The notes below the pieces were generated by a model, which searched no databases, had not been told where the DNA came from, and worked only from the letters and a program-made list of their open reading frames with translations. Position numbers and translations under genes: made by a program. From contig DATDGX010000147.1 of assembly GCA_036521875.1 (NCBI GenBank), forward strand, positions 190-64,189: DNA of 64,000 nucleotides, read 5' to 3'. Below are positions 46,939 to 57,280 of the stretch, piece after piece. Each line of letters opens with the position of its first letter. Within the stretch, counting starts at the first letter, position 1. Source of the DNA: Candidatus Binataceae bacterium. Its GTDB lineage: Bacteria > Desulfobacterota > Binatia > Binatales > Binataceae.

Positions 46939-47634
46939 TCAGTTAAGCCGGTTGTCGCGGTAATTCAGCGCGGACTCCCCGGGGCGCGCGAGCAGCAGAC
47001 AACAGGCGGTCTCCATGTTTTGGTACAGATCCTGAACCGGTGTTCTGCCGCTTACCCACATGAGCAGATTGGCGTACCAGACCTGGCCGAGTATGTCGCG
47101 TATTCCCGCCCGGTCTCTCGGCTCCAGGATTTGCAACTCTTCGTCGACGACCCGGCCCATCACCGCGCCGACTTTCTTGCGAGGCTCCTCAGCGTTGCGA
47201 TCCGGCGACAGCAGTGACTTGATGAGTGCGCTGGCGAGCTTCGGCTCCCGTTCCAGGGCGCGAGTCGCGCGCCGAACGAAATCCATGATTCGTTCCCCGC
47301 TGCTCGAGCCGCGCAGCGGATGACGGTAGAGATTCGCTTCGAGCTCCTGCGACCAATCGGCCCAGGTAAACGCGAGCAGTTGATCCTTGGACGAGAAGTA
47401 GCGGTACAGCGTCCCCAACGCGACCTTTGCGCGCGCCGCCACCGCGCGCATCTGCACGGCCTCGTATCCGCCGCTGGCGGCGAGATCCAACGCCGCCGCA
47501 ACGATTCGTTTGCGCCGCGCGAACTGCCGCGCGGTCAGCGCATTCTCATCGGGAATTAATGCGGCCGGCTTTTCGCCTGGGAGGCTCTTCAGCGCTTCAG
47601 CAGTTCTCTTCATTTTGTCGAGACTCGGATGCAT
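46939..47634 (-). CDS. TetR/AcrR-family transcriptional regulator
   Basis: HTH RKRIVAAALDLAASGGYEAVQMRAVAARAKVALGTLYRYFSSKDQLL. Confidence 0.85.
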   Translation of the reverse strand: MHPSLDKMKRTAEALKSLPGEKPAALIPDENALTARQFARRKRIVAAALDLAASGGYEAVQMRAVAARAKVALGTLYRYFSSKDQLLAFTWADWSQELEANLYRHPLRGSSSGERIMDFVRRATRALEREPKLASALIKSLLSPDRNAEEPRKKVGAVMGRVVDEELQILEPRDRAGIRDILGQVWYANLLMWVSGRTPVQDLYQNMETACCLLLARPGESALNYRDNRLN

Positions 47635-47659
47635 ATTCGAGTGCCTATATAGATGATAC

Positions 47660-50047
47660 TCACTTGGGCTCCTCGAGAACGCCGTCGGCCATCAGTTTCG
47701 ACACCTCGTCATTACTCATTCCGAGCAGGGTCCGGCAGATCTCCCGGGTATGCTCGCCCAGCTTCGGCGCCGGGCGAACGATCGGATCGCCCATCGATGC
47801 CGCGTGAAACGCCGGACCCTCGAACGTCATCGCGCCGACTCCGGACTGATTCACCGGCTGCAAATAGCCGCGCGCAACCAGGTGCGGGTCGCCGGGCATA
47901 TCGCTCGCGTACATCATGAAGCCCGCGGGGACCGCTGACCGCTGCAGTATCTCGGTGACCTCGCGATCGGTGCGCGTCGCCGTCCACTCACTGGTGCGGC
48001 GGTCGAGCTCGTCGCGCGCGGCAATCCGGCCCTTGGCCGTTTGGTATTCGGGTTTGCGCGCCCACTCCGGATTACCCAGAGCCGCGCGCATGCGCCGCCA
48101 GTCATCATCGTCGCGAATAGTAATTACGCACCAACGTTCCTTGCCGGCGCACGGATACACGCCCCAAGGCGCGCCGCGATCGTTTCGATTGCCTTGCGGC
48201 GAGACTGAGCCGGGCTCGAGAGCCGACTTGAGTAGTAAGTCGGCGAGCAGGCCGATTACTACTTCGACCTGCGCCACTTCGAGATGTCCGCCAGTGCCGC
48301 GACGCTCGCGTGCGAAGACGGTCGCGAGCGCGCCGACGGCGAGCATCCGACCTGCCAGATGATCGGGATGGATGGCGCCCGAGCCGGGCGGCATCCCGCC
48401 CTCGGGAAAATTCCACAGGTAGGTCATCCCGCCGGCGGGGCGGGTGTTCGGTCCGAAACCAATCCAATCCTTCCATGGCCCGGTCGAGCCCATGAGCTGA
48501 CTCGAGGCGAGCACGATTCGCGGGTTCAACCGGCGCATCACCTCGAAACCGAGGCCTATTCGATCCATCGTCCCGGTCGAGCTGTTCTCGATCACGACGT
48601 CGGAGGCCGCAATCAGCCTCTTCAATATGTCGAGTCCCTGCGCGGTTCGCGCGTTCACTCCGAAGCTCCGCTTGCATCGGCTCGACGACGCGAACGAGGG
48701 GCTCATCTCGGAACCGAACACCACGCGGATGAAGTCGGGATAAGTTCGCGTCTCGATCTTAATGACGTCGCCGCCGTACTCGGCGAACAGCCGTGCCGCT
48801 TCGACGCCGACGCCGCCGATACCGAAGTCGAGGACGCGCAGCCCACTGAACGGAAGCCGCGGCTCGGCAAGACTCGGCGCGCGGCCGGGCGCGATGCGCG
48901 GCTCCTGACGCGCAATTTCAGCGCTATGCTCGCCGGCCTCGGGCGCGGGCCCGGTGAATCCGAGCCGATGGCCATCGAGCTCGAAGAATCCGTCGGCGAC
49001 CGGTGCGGTGACGCCGCGCATCACCTCGACCGCGCGAAAAGTTTTGCGTTCGAGCAAATGGTCGGCGCCGAGAACTTCTTCGGGGCTCAGCACCGGCGTC
49101 ATCGCAAGGCCACGACGCTGCGCTTCGCAAGCCAACTCGATCTTGGTCTCGTCTTTGAACAGCGCCGCGAACATCGGATCCAGGATGTCATGCTGAATCG
49201 ACATGCGGCCGAGTAGATGGTCGAAGTGGGCGTCCTGTACCACTTCAGGCTCGCCCAGCCACGCACGCATCGCATGCCACTGCCGCGGGCTCAAAATGAT
49301 CAATCGCACATAGCCATCAGCGCATGGATAAAGTGGATAGACGGGAGCGGAGCCGGAGCGCATCTCGCCATAGTTGCCGCCGAGGGCTTTGATCGCGCTG
49401 TAGCTCGGCAGCGCCCAGTCGGAGGTTTGCGCCGCCGCCTCCAGCACGGACACGTCGAGGTGCTGCCCGCGCCCGGTCGCGAGCCGTTGCCACAGCGCGG
49501 CGATGGTTGCGAACGCGGCGGCGGTCCCCGCGATGTCGTGAGCCATTGATCCCGGCGGCAGCAGCGGCGGCTTGTCCGGTACGCCGGAGCGGAACAGCAT
49601 CCCCGACATCGCGACGGCTACCGCGTCGGTCGCCACGTAATCGCGATAAGGGCCAGTCTGCCCGAAATCGGTGATCGAGGTGACGACCAGCCGCGGATGC
49701 CGCTCGAGCACTCCGCGATGATCGAGACCGCGCGCCGCGAGGAGGCCCGGCGGATACGACTCGACCCACACGTCGGCATCATCAAGCAGGCGCTCGAGCC
49801 GCTCGCGATCTTCCGCGCGTTCGAGATCGATCGTCGCGCTTTTCTTGCCGAGGTTGCGGACCGCGAAATGGAGACTCGTGTCTCCGTGAAATGGGGGGAG
49901 GCGCCGCGACGCCGCTCCGCCCGGCGGCTCGACGCGAATCACTTCAGCGCCAAGGTCGGCGAGCAGGCGCCCGCAGAGCTCGCCCTTCTCGACGGCTAGA
50001 TCGATGACGTGGACGCCCGCGAGCGGCCGCTCGGCATTCGCTGTCAT
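47660..50047 (-). CDS. Tandem-fused family III CoA-transferase (two CaiB/BaiF domains in one polypeptide)
   Basis: Two full domains: LAGVHVIDLAVEKGELCGRLLADLGAEVIRVEPPGG and LSGLRVLDFGIGGVGVEAARLFAEYGGDVIKIETR. About 795 aa from ATG 50045-50047. Confidence 0.85.
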   Translation of the reverse strand: MTANAERPLAGVHVIDLAVEKGELCGRLLADLGAEVIRVEPPGGAASRRLPPFHGDTSLHFAVRNLGKKSATIDLERAEDRERLERLLDDADVWVESYPPGLLAARGLDHRGVLERHPRLVVTSITDFGQTGPYRDYVATDAVAVAMSGMLFRSGVPDKPPLLPPGSMAHDIAGTAAAFATIAALWQRLATGRGQHLDVSVLEAAAQTSDWALPSYSAIKALGGNYGEMRSGSAPVYPLYPCADGYVRLIILSPRQWHAMRAWLGEPEVVQDAHFDHLLGRMSIQHDILDPMFAALFKDETKIELACEAQRRGLAMTPVLSPEEVLGADHLLERKTFRAVEVMRGVTAPVADGFFELDGHRLGFTGPAPEAGEHSAEIARQEPRIAPGRAPSLAEPRLPFSGLRVLDFGIGGVGVEAARLFAEYGGDVIKIETRTYPDFIRVVFGSEMSPSFASSSRCKRSFGVNARTAQGLDILKRLIAASDVVIENSSTGTMDRIGLGFEVMRRLNPRIVLASSQLMGSTGPWKDWIGFGPNTRPAGGMTYLWNFPEGGMPPGSGAIHPDHLAGRMLAVGALATVFARERRGTGGHLEVAQVEVVIGLLADLLLKSALEPGSVSPQGNRNDRGAPWGVYPCAGKERWCVITIRDDDDWRRMRAALGNPEWARKPEYQTAKGRIAARDELDRRTSEWTATRTDREVTEILQRSAVPAGFMMYASDMPGDPHLVARGYLQPVNQSGVGAMTFEGPAFHAASMGDPIVRPAPKLGEHTREICRTLLGMSNDEVSKLMADGVLEEPK

Positions 50048-50084
50048 GTCAGGTCCCGCGATGGGCTCACTGCTCTGCGCGTCG

Positions 50085-51314
50085 TTACTCCGCGCTGGCG
50101 GGCGCGAGATGGACCGGCAGATGTTTGATCCCATTGATGAAGTTCGAACGCAGCCGCTTAACTTCGCCGGCCATCTTGGGTGCCGGCGCCCGCTTCACCA
50201 GTTCCTCGAGCAGAATGTTGATCTCCATCCGCGCGAGACTTGCACCCAAACAGAAATGTGCGCCGCCGCCGCCGAAAGCGATGTGCTCGTTAGGGGAGCG
50301 CGTGATGTCGAAGCGGAACGGGTCGTCGAAAATTTCCTCGTCGCGATTGGCAGAGATGTACCAGATGCTCAGCTTGTCGCCCGCCTTCAGTAGATGCCCG
50401 CGCACCTCGGCGTCGCGAGTCACGTTGCGGCGAAAATACATGACCGGCGAAGCCCAGCGCAGGATCTCCTCGGTCGCCGAGGGCACCAGCGACGGGTCAT
50501 CGACCAGCATTCGATACTGCTCGGGATGCTGGATGAGCGTGTGCACGCCGTGGGAGAGCGCGTTGCGCGTAGTTTCGTTGCCCGCCACTGCGAGCAGCAG
50601 GAAGAACAGGTTGAAGTCCATCTCGGAGAGGCGGTCGCCATTGATCTCGGCGTTGAACAGGGTAGTGACGAGATCGTCGCGCGGCTCCTCGCGACGCTTG
50701 GCCGCGAGCGAATTCGCATACATGAACATCTCGATCTGTGCCTGGCGGACCAGGTCGTCGCTGATTGCGTATTCCGGATCCTCGCTGCCGATCATTCGGT
50801 TGCTCCACTGGAATACCTTGTGACGATCCTCCAGCGGCACGCCCAGCAGCTCGGCTATTACCTGCAGCGTCAGCTCCGCCGCCACATCGACGACGAAGTC
50901 GCACTGGTCGCCTTTGGTGATGGCGCGCTCGACAATCCCGCCGGTGATCTCGCGGATGTGCGCCGAGAGCGCGTTGATCATGCGCGGCGTGAATCCCTTG
51001 TTGACCAGCGAGCGGTAGCGGGTGTGGTCGGGCGGGTCCATGGTCAGCATCATGCGGCCGCCGCGGTTGAAGTCGTCCATCTCCATGTCGCGGAGCTGTA
51101 CTACGCCGCCGCGCTCCTGCTCGGAGGAGAAAGACTGCGAATCGCGACCCACCTGGACGACGTCGTCGTAGCGGGTGATTACCCAGAAACCCGGGCCGTT
51201 CGGCTCCGGATGCTTGTAGACGGGGGCGTTGCGCCGCAGGTAGGTGAACCATTCGTGGGGCACGCCCTGCACGAAGCTGTCGGGACTCAGCAGATCGATC
51301 TGATTAGGGTCCAT
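50085..51314 (-). CDS. Cytochrome P450
   Basis: Heme-binding loop FGGGAHFCLGASLAR, ExxR (ETLRW region), I-helix AGNETT. Confidence 0.9.
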   Translation of the reverse strand: MDPNQIDLLSPDSFVQGVPHEWFTYLRRNAPVYKHPEPNGPGFWVITRYDDVVQVGRDSQSFSSEQERGGVVQLRDMEMDDFNRGGRMMLTMDPPDHTRYRSLVNKGFTPRMINALSAHIREITGGIVERAITKGDQCDFVVDVAAELTLQVIAELLGVPLEDRHKVFQWSNRMIGSEDPEYAISDDLVRQAQIEMFMYANSLAAKRREEPRDDLVTTLFNAEINGDRLSEMDFNLFFLLLAVAGNETTRNALSHGVHTLIQHPEQYRMLVDDPSLVPSATEEILRWASPVMYFRRNVTRDAEVRGHLLKAGDKLSIWYISANRDEEIFDDPFRFDITRSPNEHIAFGGGGAHFCLGASLARMEINILLEELVKRAPAPKMAGEVKRLRSNFINGIKHLPVHLAPASAE

Positions 51315-51544
51315 GGTGGTCTCTCATCTCATTTAGATCGAAAATTAGAATGCGTTCTACTCTATAAGAGTAAGCGGGCGCGCGGGTCAATCGCGCCGAT
51401 GCCGCCACGCGCCTGATTGCTCCGCTGCCGTGCCGTCCTCGCTGGACAAACCAGATGACTCGACTTTAGAGTTCGCACCTGGAACGCGTTCTTGCGCGTG
51501 ACAATCTAATCCGTCCGCATCTCAGCTCCAGTTCAGGAGAACCG

Positions 51545-52348
51545 ATGAACGATCTGCCGCATGCGATAGTCGAGCGCCACGGCCATATCATGACAGTGAC
51601 GATGAACCGGCCCGAGGCGCGCAACGCCTTGTCCCGCGAGATGATGGACCTCATGTCGAAGGCGTGGGACGAGGTGAATTCGAATCCGGAAATCCGAGTG
51701 TGCATCCTGACCGGCGCCGGCGGCGCCTTCTCCTCGGGCGCGGACTTGAAGGCGATGACGCGCCAGCATCCCGGCGACTCATTCCGCGAGAGCGAGCGGA
51801 GCGGCGGGGCGAACCTGGCCGTGATCAAGCCGCTGCTTAAGGGCTTCCGGCTGACCAAGCCGCTGATCGCCGCAGTCGAGGGCGCGGCGATCGCGGGAGG
51901 CACCGAAATTCTGCAAGGCACCGACATCCGCGTCGCCGGCGAGAGCGCGAAGTTCGGCGTGTCAGAGGTGCGATGGAGCCTGTTTCCGCTCGGCGGTTCG
52001 ACGGTGCGCCTGCGCCGGCAGATTCCCTACACGGTCGCGGCGGACATCCTCCTGACTGGCCGGCATCTGACGGCTGCGGAGGCCAAAGCGGTCGGCCTCA
52101 TCGGCCACATCGTGCCGGACGGACAGGCGCTGGCGAAGGCGCACGAGATCGCCGAGATGATCGCGAGCAACGGGCCGATCGCGGTCCAGGCCATCCTGCG
52201 CTCACTGCGCGAGACCGAGTGTCTGCCGGAGGACGAAGCGATGAGCGTCGAGGCCAAAATCGGGATGCAGGTTTTTTTGAGCGAGGACGCAAAAGAGGGA
52301 CCGCGCGCGTTCATGGAAAAACGCAAACCCCAATTCAAAGGACGCTGA
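51545..52348 (+). CDS. Enoyl-CoA hydratase/isomerase (crotonase) family
   Basis: [31 protein letters not shown] oxyanion motifs, 267 aa. Confidence 0.9.
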   Translation: MNDLPHAIVERHGHIMTVTMNRPEARNALSREMMDLMSKAWDEVNSNPEIRVCILTGAGGAFSSGADLKAMTRQHPGDSFRESERSGGANLAVIKPLLKGFRLTKPLIAAVEGAAIAGGTEILQGTDIRVAGESAKFGVSEVRWSLFPLGGSTVRLRRQIPYTVAADILLTGRHLTAAEAKAVGLIGHIVPDGQALAKAHEIAEMIASNGPIAVQAILRSLRETECLPEDEAMSVEAKIGMQVFLSEDAKEGPRAFMEKRKPQFKGR

Positions 52349-52381
52349 GTCCACCGCGTCCCCCAGCTCGCGACTCGAGTC

Positions 52382-53266
52382 TCAAAGCTTCGCTGCTGGC
52401 TCCAGCCAGGTGCGCGCCACTTCGCCGAGCCGCTTGCCGATGTCTTCGACGGTTCCCGGAAAGCCGGTGTTAACGATCACGATCTCGTCCACGCCCGCAT
52501 CGCGATAGCGGCTGAGGTCGCCGGGCGTCACCGGTTTGAAGCTCGGCGAAATTACTATTTCGATGTCCGAGCGCTTGCGGCCGTTGGCCCGCAGCAACTC
52601 CTCGAGCTTGCGAATTTTGGCCGCTGCTTCGTCAGGCGTGAGATTGAATCCGAACCATCCGTTGCCGTAAGCGGCCACGCGGCGCAGCGCGGGCCCGCTC
52701 TCGCCGCCGAAAAATACCGGCAGGTCCGCGCCGCGCAGCGGCTTGGGATAGCAGCGAACACCGTCGAACTTCACGAACTCGCCTTGATACGAGCTGACCG
52801 GATCGCCCCACAGGCGCCGCATCGCCTCGATACATTCGCGCGTGCGCTCCCCGCGCCGTTCCCACGGAATGCCGAGCGCCGTGAATTCCTCTTCCAGCCA
52901 TCCGATCCCGACGCCCAGGGTGAAGCGGCCGTTGCTGAGGAAGTCCAGCGTCGCTACGACCTTCGCCAGCACAACAGGGTGATGCTCCGGCACCAGGCAG
53001 ATTCCGGTCGCGAGGCGAATCTTCTCGGTCGCCGACGCCATCGTGCACAAGCTGAGGAACGGATCGGGAATCGGAGCGTCGGCGGGCGCCGGCAGCACGC
53101 CGTCTTCGGTGTAGGGATACCGCGACGCGTATTTGTCGACCAGCACGACGTGTTCTGGCACCCACAGAGTCGAGAACCCGAGCCGCTCGGCGATGGCCGC
53201 GAACGACTTCATCAGCGTCATGACATTCTCTCGTCCCGAGACCATCGCGAAAAGTCCAATTTTCAC
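52382..53266 (-). CDS. LLM-class (luciferase-like) oxidoreductase, probably F420- or FMN-dependent
   Basis: MKIGLFAM..LGFSTLWVPEH..RFTLGVGIGW signature, 294 aa. Confidence 0.8.
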   Translation of the reverse strand: MKIGLFAMVSGRENVMTLMKSFAAIAERLGFSTLWVPEHVVLVDKYASRYPYTEDGVLPAPADAPIPDPFLSLCTMASATEKIRLATGICLVPEHHPVVLAKVVATLDFLSNGRFTLGVGIGWLEEEFTALGIPWERRGERTRECIEAMRRLWGDPVSSYQGEFVKFDGVRCYPKPLRGADLPVFFGGESGPALRRVAAYGNGWFGFNLTPDEAAAKIRKLEELLRANGRKRSDIEIVISPSFKPVTPGDLSRYRDAGVDEIVIVNTGFPGTVEDIGKRLGEVARTWLEPAAKL

Positions 53267-53404
53267 GTTTCGACGCTCCTTGTGCGGGCTGGCAAGTTCC
53301 GGGTTTGGTGCGGTCGACGATTACTACGTTCGCGCGCCGCGCACCAACCGCTCGATTCGCGCGCGAGGAGCAAAGCCGCGCCGGCGCTCGCGCTCGCGTC
53401 GCGC

Positions 53405-53746
53405 TTACGGTCGCGAGTTCCCCAATCCGAGCGCCGCGCGCAGCTTCGGCTTGAGCAGATGCACCAGCTTCGCCTCCCAGCAGACGTAGTTGTCCGGGAT
53501 GTCGAGGACCAGCACTTTCTCGGCGTGCGACGCGCCGAAGCTATCGCGAATGAAGCGCCGATGCGCCTCTTCCATGACGCAAATCACGTCAGCCTCTTCG
53601 ACCAGCTCCAGACTGACGCGGTTCTTCGCCCACGGCTCCGTGCCCGCCGAGGTGACCCACCAGGGCGCGCACATTTCCGCGAGCACCATCGCGGCGGTCG
53701 GGCTGCGATCGAGGTTTCCGGTGCAGACCATCAGTACCTTCTTCAT
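53405..53746 (-). CDS. Low-molecular-weight phosphatase-family protein (LMW-PTP / ArsC-like)
   Basis: MKKVLMVCTGNLDRSP contains the CX5R(S) P-loop; 113 aa (short). Confidence 0.65.
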   Translation of the reverse strand: MKKVLMVCTGNLDRSPTAAMVLAEMCAPWWVTSAGTEPWAKNRVSLELVEEADVICVMEEAHRRFIRDSFGASHAEKVLVLDIPDNYVCWEAKLVHLLKPKLRAALGLGNSRP

Positions 53747-53869
53747 GGCGATTGGAATCCTAGCAGATGAAACGCCGGTTGACGCCGACGCCCGGGGCCG
53801 CTACGAAGACCGCATCGATCCGCTGCCCTGTGCTCTCTCCGCGAGCACCACCCTGGAGGCGCGCCGCTT

Positions 53870-54301
53870 ATGGCAACCGACGACGACTTTGTGATCATCA
53901 GTCCCGCTATCGGCATCACCGCCCGCATTCTATTCACGCTGATTTTTTTTCTCTCCGGAGTCGGCCACTTTGCCCAGATGCAGAACTTCATCGACCTGAT
54001 GCCGGCCGCGATTCCGTTCCGCGCCTTCTGGGTGATCAGCTCCGGCCTCGTCGAGCTGGCCGGCGCGGTGATGATCCTCTTCAACTATCGCCCGCGCCTC
54101 GGCGGATGGCTGATCGTGCTATTCCTGGTGCCGGTCACGATCGTCGTTCATGGCACCGGGATGTTCGCCCTCAGCCCGCTGATGCGCGCGGTCAATACCT
54201 CGATGTTTTTGAAAGGGCTCGCGATGATCGCGTGCGCGCTCTTCATCACCCAATTCGGCGTTTCGGTGCCGCGCCTGAAAGTCAGCGCCGCCGCGCGGTA
54301 A
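53870..54301 (+). CDS. DoxX-family membrane protein
   Basis: Four TM helices with LFTLIFFLSGVGHF and GLVELAGAVMILF typical of DoxX. Confidence 0.75.
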   Translation: MATDDDFVIISPAIGITARILFTLIFFLSGVGHFAQMQNFIDLMPAAIPFRAFWVISSGLVELAGAVMILFNYRPRLGGWLIVLFLVPVTIVVHGTGMFALSPLMRAVNTSMFLKGLAMIACALFITQFGVSVPRLKVSAAAR

Positions 54302-54365
54302 CGATGTGGCAGGCCTCGACGCTCCAGATCGAGCGCGGTGAAGTAGTGGCGTTCGCGGCGGCGAG

Positions 54366-55001
54366 CTAGGCAGTGGGGAAACACGGCAGCGCGTGTGTCA
54401 CGGCGTAATTGTACTGTCGCCCGGCCCAGTTGAAGGTTCCGACCGTTTTGCCGAAATTGAGGTCCATAGAAGTGTTGCGATCTTTCTCGGCCTCGGATTC
54501 GGACTGCGCGGGCGCGTACGCGATGTAGTTGAAGTATTCGTCGGAGAGCGCGCTGCTCAGCGGAGGCGTGAAATTCATCTGCAGGAAATTAACCGCTGGA
54601 CGCCAGCCGCCGGCAGCGGTTTCCGTGTCGGTGAACGCGATCCATTGCGCTTCATCGGTGGTCCCGCCCAGGCGCATCTCGCGATACTCGAAGGAGCCGG
54701 CGTTGCTCATGCGCACTTCGATCACGCCGGGAACTTCCTGCTGAAGCTGGTCGCAGACGCCCTGTTCACCTACGTCCATGCTTTGCTGATCGTCGGGCGC
54801 ATGCTTCCCTTTCATCATCCCGGTCACGCCCGACGCCGCGTACACCGCGCCGGAGCCGACATCCTCCGCGGCCCCAAGTGCGATCGGCGCGAGTTGCGCC
54901 GCCATCATCCAGCATCCGCACGTGCCGGCGGCGATCACCGCGATCAGCACGATGCACATGCGGGAAATATTTCGCGTCAGGCGACTGATACGAATCCCCA
55001 T
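54366..55001 (-). CDS. Hypothetical secreted protein or lipoprotein
   Basis: Hydrophobic leader MCIVLIAVIAAGTCGC with candidate lipobox, then a soluble domain with no recognised family. Start uncertain (55001 or about 54959). Confidence 0.4.
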   Translation of the reverse strand: MGIRISRLTRNISRMCIVLIAVIAAGTCGCWMMAAQLAPIALGAAEDVGSGAVYAASGVTGMMKGKHAPDDQQSMDVGEQGVCDQLQQEVPGVIEVRMSNAGSFEYREMRLGGTTDEAQWIAFTDTETAAGGWRPAVNFLQMNFTPPLSSALSDEYFNYIAYAPAQSESEAEKDRNTSMDLNFGKTVGTFNWAGRQYNYAVTHALPCFPTA

Positions 55002-55261
55002 TTCGGGCGCATTTAGTATGCTCCGCGGCGGAACACCGTGCCAGCGGCGCTTGCGAGCCGTCCGGGTCCTGAAAAAGGAAGCGGACCGATGACTCAGCGC
55101 GCGACGACGAGCCTGCTGCGAAACACGTAACCGCGCCGAAACAATTCGCCTTAGCCCCCTCTCGTGCTAGAGCCACTCAAGTTTGCTATTGCTGATGGAC
55201 CCTACTGTCGCGCGCGATGAAGTCGCTGCGCGCAGGAATCGAGTCGAGGACAAGGACATAG

Positions 55262-55825
55262 ATGGGCCCGATCGGAAAAGGCATTTTTCTAACCAAGGGT
55301 GTCGGCAGGCATCGCGAGAAGCTCACCTCCTTCGAGCTCGCGCTCCGCGACGCGCGGATCGCCGAGTTCAACCTGGTGCGAGTCAGCTCGATATTTCCCC
55401 CGGGCTGCAAAGTCGTTTCCATTCAGGACGGCCTCAAGACTCTGAGTCCCGGCCAGATCGTTTACGCCGTGATGTACGACAACTCTACCAATGAACCGCA
55501 TCGGCTGGTGGCCGCCTCAGTTGGCCTCGCGATTCCGGCTGAGAAAGATCAGTACGGCTATCTCTCGGAGCACAAGAGCTTCGGGCAGACCGACGAGCGC
55601 GCCGGCGACTATGCCGAGGATCTCGCCGCAACCATGCTCGCCACCTCGCTGGGCGTCGACTTCGATCCCAACACCAGTTACGACGAACGCAAGGACATCT
55701 GGAAGCTGTCCGACAAGATCGTGCAGACCCGCAACATTACGCAGTCGGCAATCGGCGATCGCGACGGCCTGTGGACTACGGTGGTGACCGCGGCGGTATT
55801 TGTGGATCTGTCCGGTGAAAAGTGA
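55262..55825 (+). CDS. pdaD: Pyruvoyl-dependent arginine decarboxylase
   Basis: [34 protein letters not shown] includes the Ser-Ser self-cleavage site (VSS|I) that generates the pyruvoyl group; 187 aa. Confidence 0.8.
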   Translation: MGPIGKGIFLTKGVGRHREKLTSFELALRDARIAEFNLVRVSSIFPPGCKVVSIQDGLKTLSPGQIVYAVMYDNSTNEPHRLVAASVGLAIPAEKDQYGYLSEHKSFGQTDERAGDYAEDLAATMLATSLGVDFDPNTSYDERKDIWKLSDKIVQTRNITQSAIGDRDGLWTTVVTAAVFVDLSGEK

Positions 55826-56014
55826 AAAATGACAAGTAGCTATAGCTCTCGACCATCATGAGCGGCGCTCGATAAGTTCTTCCCCAGCCCATAGTCGATA
55901 CGCCACGCCCGCGGGCATCGCTGGCACACCACGCAAATTGAATCCCCCGCATGCTCCTACCGCGAGTATGGAGTTTTGCTGCGCAACGAGTATGTTCTGA
56001 GCGGGAGGGAAAAC

Positions 56015-56392
56015 ATGAAGGTTGCAACAACTATCGTTCGCCTGCTGCTCGGCTTGGTCTTCCTGGTCATGGGACTGAACGGCTTCCTCCACTTCATTCC
56101 GAATATGGCGATGCCGGCGCCGGCAGTCTCGTTCTTCGGCGGGCTCGCCGCCACTGGCTACATGATTCCGTTGATCTTCGCCACCCAGACCATCGGCGCC
56201 GTACTTCTGCTGCTCGGCGTTTTCGTGCCGCTGGCGCTGGCGTTACTGGCGCCCGTGATCGTGAACATTTTCGTCTTCCACCTGTACCTTGCGCCCGGCG
56301 GACTCCCGATCGCGAGTGTCGTGGCGCTCTTTGAGCTTTTTCTCGTATGGGCGCATCGCGCCGCATTCGCCCCGATGCTGCGTGCGAGATAG
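56015..56392 (+). CDS. DoxX-like membrane protein
   Basis: Start MKVATTIVRLLLGLVFLVMGLNGF; four TM helices; 125 aa. Confidence 0.6.
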   Translation: MKVATTIVRLLLGLVFLVMGLNGFLHFIPNMAMPAPAVSFFGGLAATGYMIPLIFATQTIGAVLLLLGVFVPLALALLAPVIVNIFVFHLYLAPGGLPIASVVALFELFLVWAHRAAFAPMLRAR

Positions 56393-56404
56393 TCATCGCG
56401 TTCC

Positions 56405-57280
56405 GTGAGTGACTTGATCGCAGCACGTCGGCGTTACGCAGACTTAGTCGGCAAGAGAGCCGCGTTGCGCTCCACGCGATTGATTCAGGCCCTCGCCGAA
56501 GTTCCGCGCGAAAACTATCTCGGTCCCGGGCCTTGGAAAATTCATCGGCCTCCGAACATCTGGGAGTACGAGGCTACGCCCGACGACGACCCTGCCCATA
56601 TATGTGACGACGTGTTGGTGGCGTTGGACGCGACTCAGCACATCAACAACGGCATGCCGAGCGGTCTCGCCGGCTGGATAGATGCGCTCGATTTGCAAGA
56701 GGGCGAACATGTCGCGCACGCGGGCTGTGGAACTGGCTATTACACGGCCATCATGGCGTACCTCGTCGGCGCGAGCGGCCGCGTCATCGCCATCGAGCTC
56801 GACCGGGAGTTGGCGGCGCGTGCGCGCGCCAACTTGCGGCATCTTCCGTATGTGGAAGTGGTAGCCGGTGATGCCAGTATCTACGACGCCGGCAAGGCCG
56901 ATTGCATTCTGATCAACGCCGGCGCGACGCACCCATTGCCGTTATGGCTCGATAGTCTCGAGCCGCAGGGCAGGCTCGTGTTTCCTCTGATTCGTTGGCC
57001 GGAGGGAAGCAAGTTCGGCTCGGGAGTTGCCGGGATGGGAGTGATGATGCGCGTTCAACGACTGGACGCGGGCTACCGGGCTGGATTGGTGTCGCCGGTC
57101 GGCATTTTTCCCTGCACGGGCGCACTTGATACCGAAGCCGATCGACTGCTCGCTGACACTTTCGCGCGCGGCGGACTGGCAGACGTGCGTTCGCTTCGCC
57201 GCGACGCTCACGATGCCGACCCGTTGTGCCTGCTACATGGTCGCGGCTACTGCTTCTCGAAACGCTCGCCGCGCGCCTAG
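56405..57280 (+). CDS. Protein-L-isoaspartate O-methyltransferase-like (PCMT-fold) SAM-dependent methyltransferase
   Basis: VAHAGCGTGYYTAIMAYLVGASGRVIAIELD motif I and post-I; PCMT-like N-terminal region (ALAEVPRENYLGPG). Confidence 0.7.
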   Translation: MSDLIAARRRYADLVGKRAALRSTRLIQALAEVPRENYLGPGPWKIHRPPNIWEYEATPDDDPAHICDDVLVALDATQHINNGMPSGLAGWIDALDLQEGEHVAHAGCGTGYYTAIMAYLVGASGRVIAIELDRELAARARANLRHLPYVEVVAGDASIYDAGKADCILINAGATHPLPLWLDSLEPQGRLVFPLIRWPEGSKFGSGVAGMGVMMRVQRLDAGYRAGLVSPVGIFPCTGALDTEADRLLADTFARGGLADVRSLRRDAHDADPLCLLHGRGYCFSKRSPRA

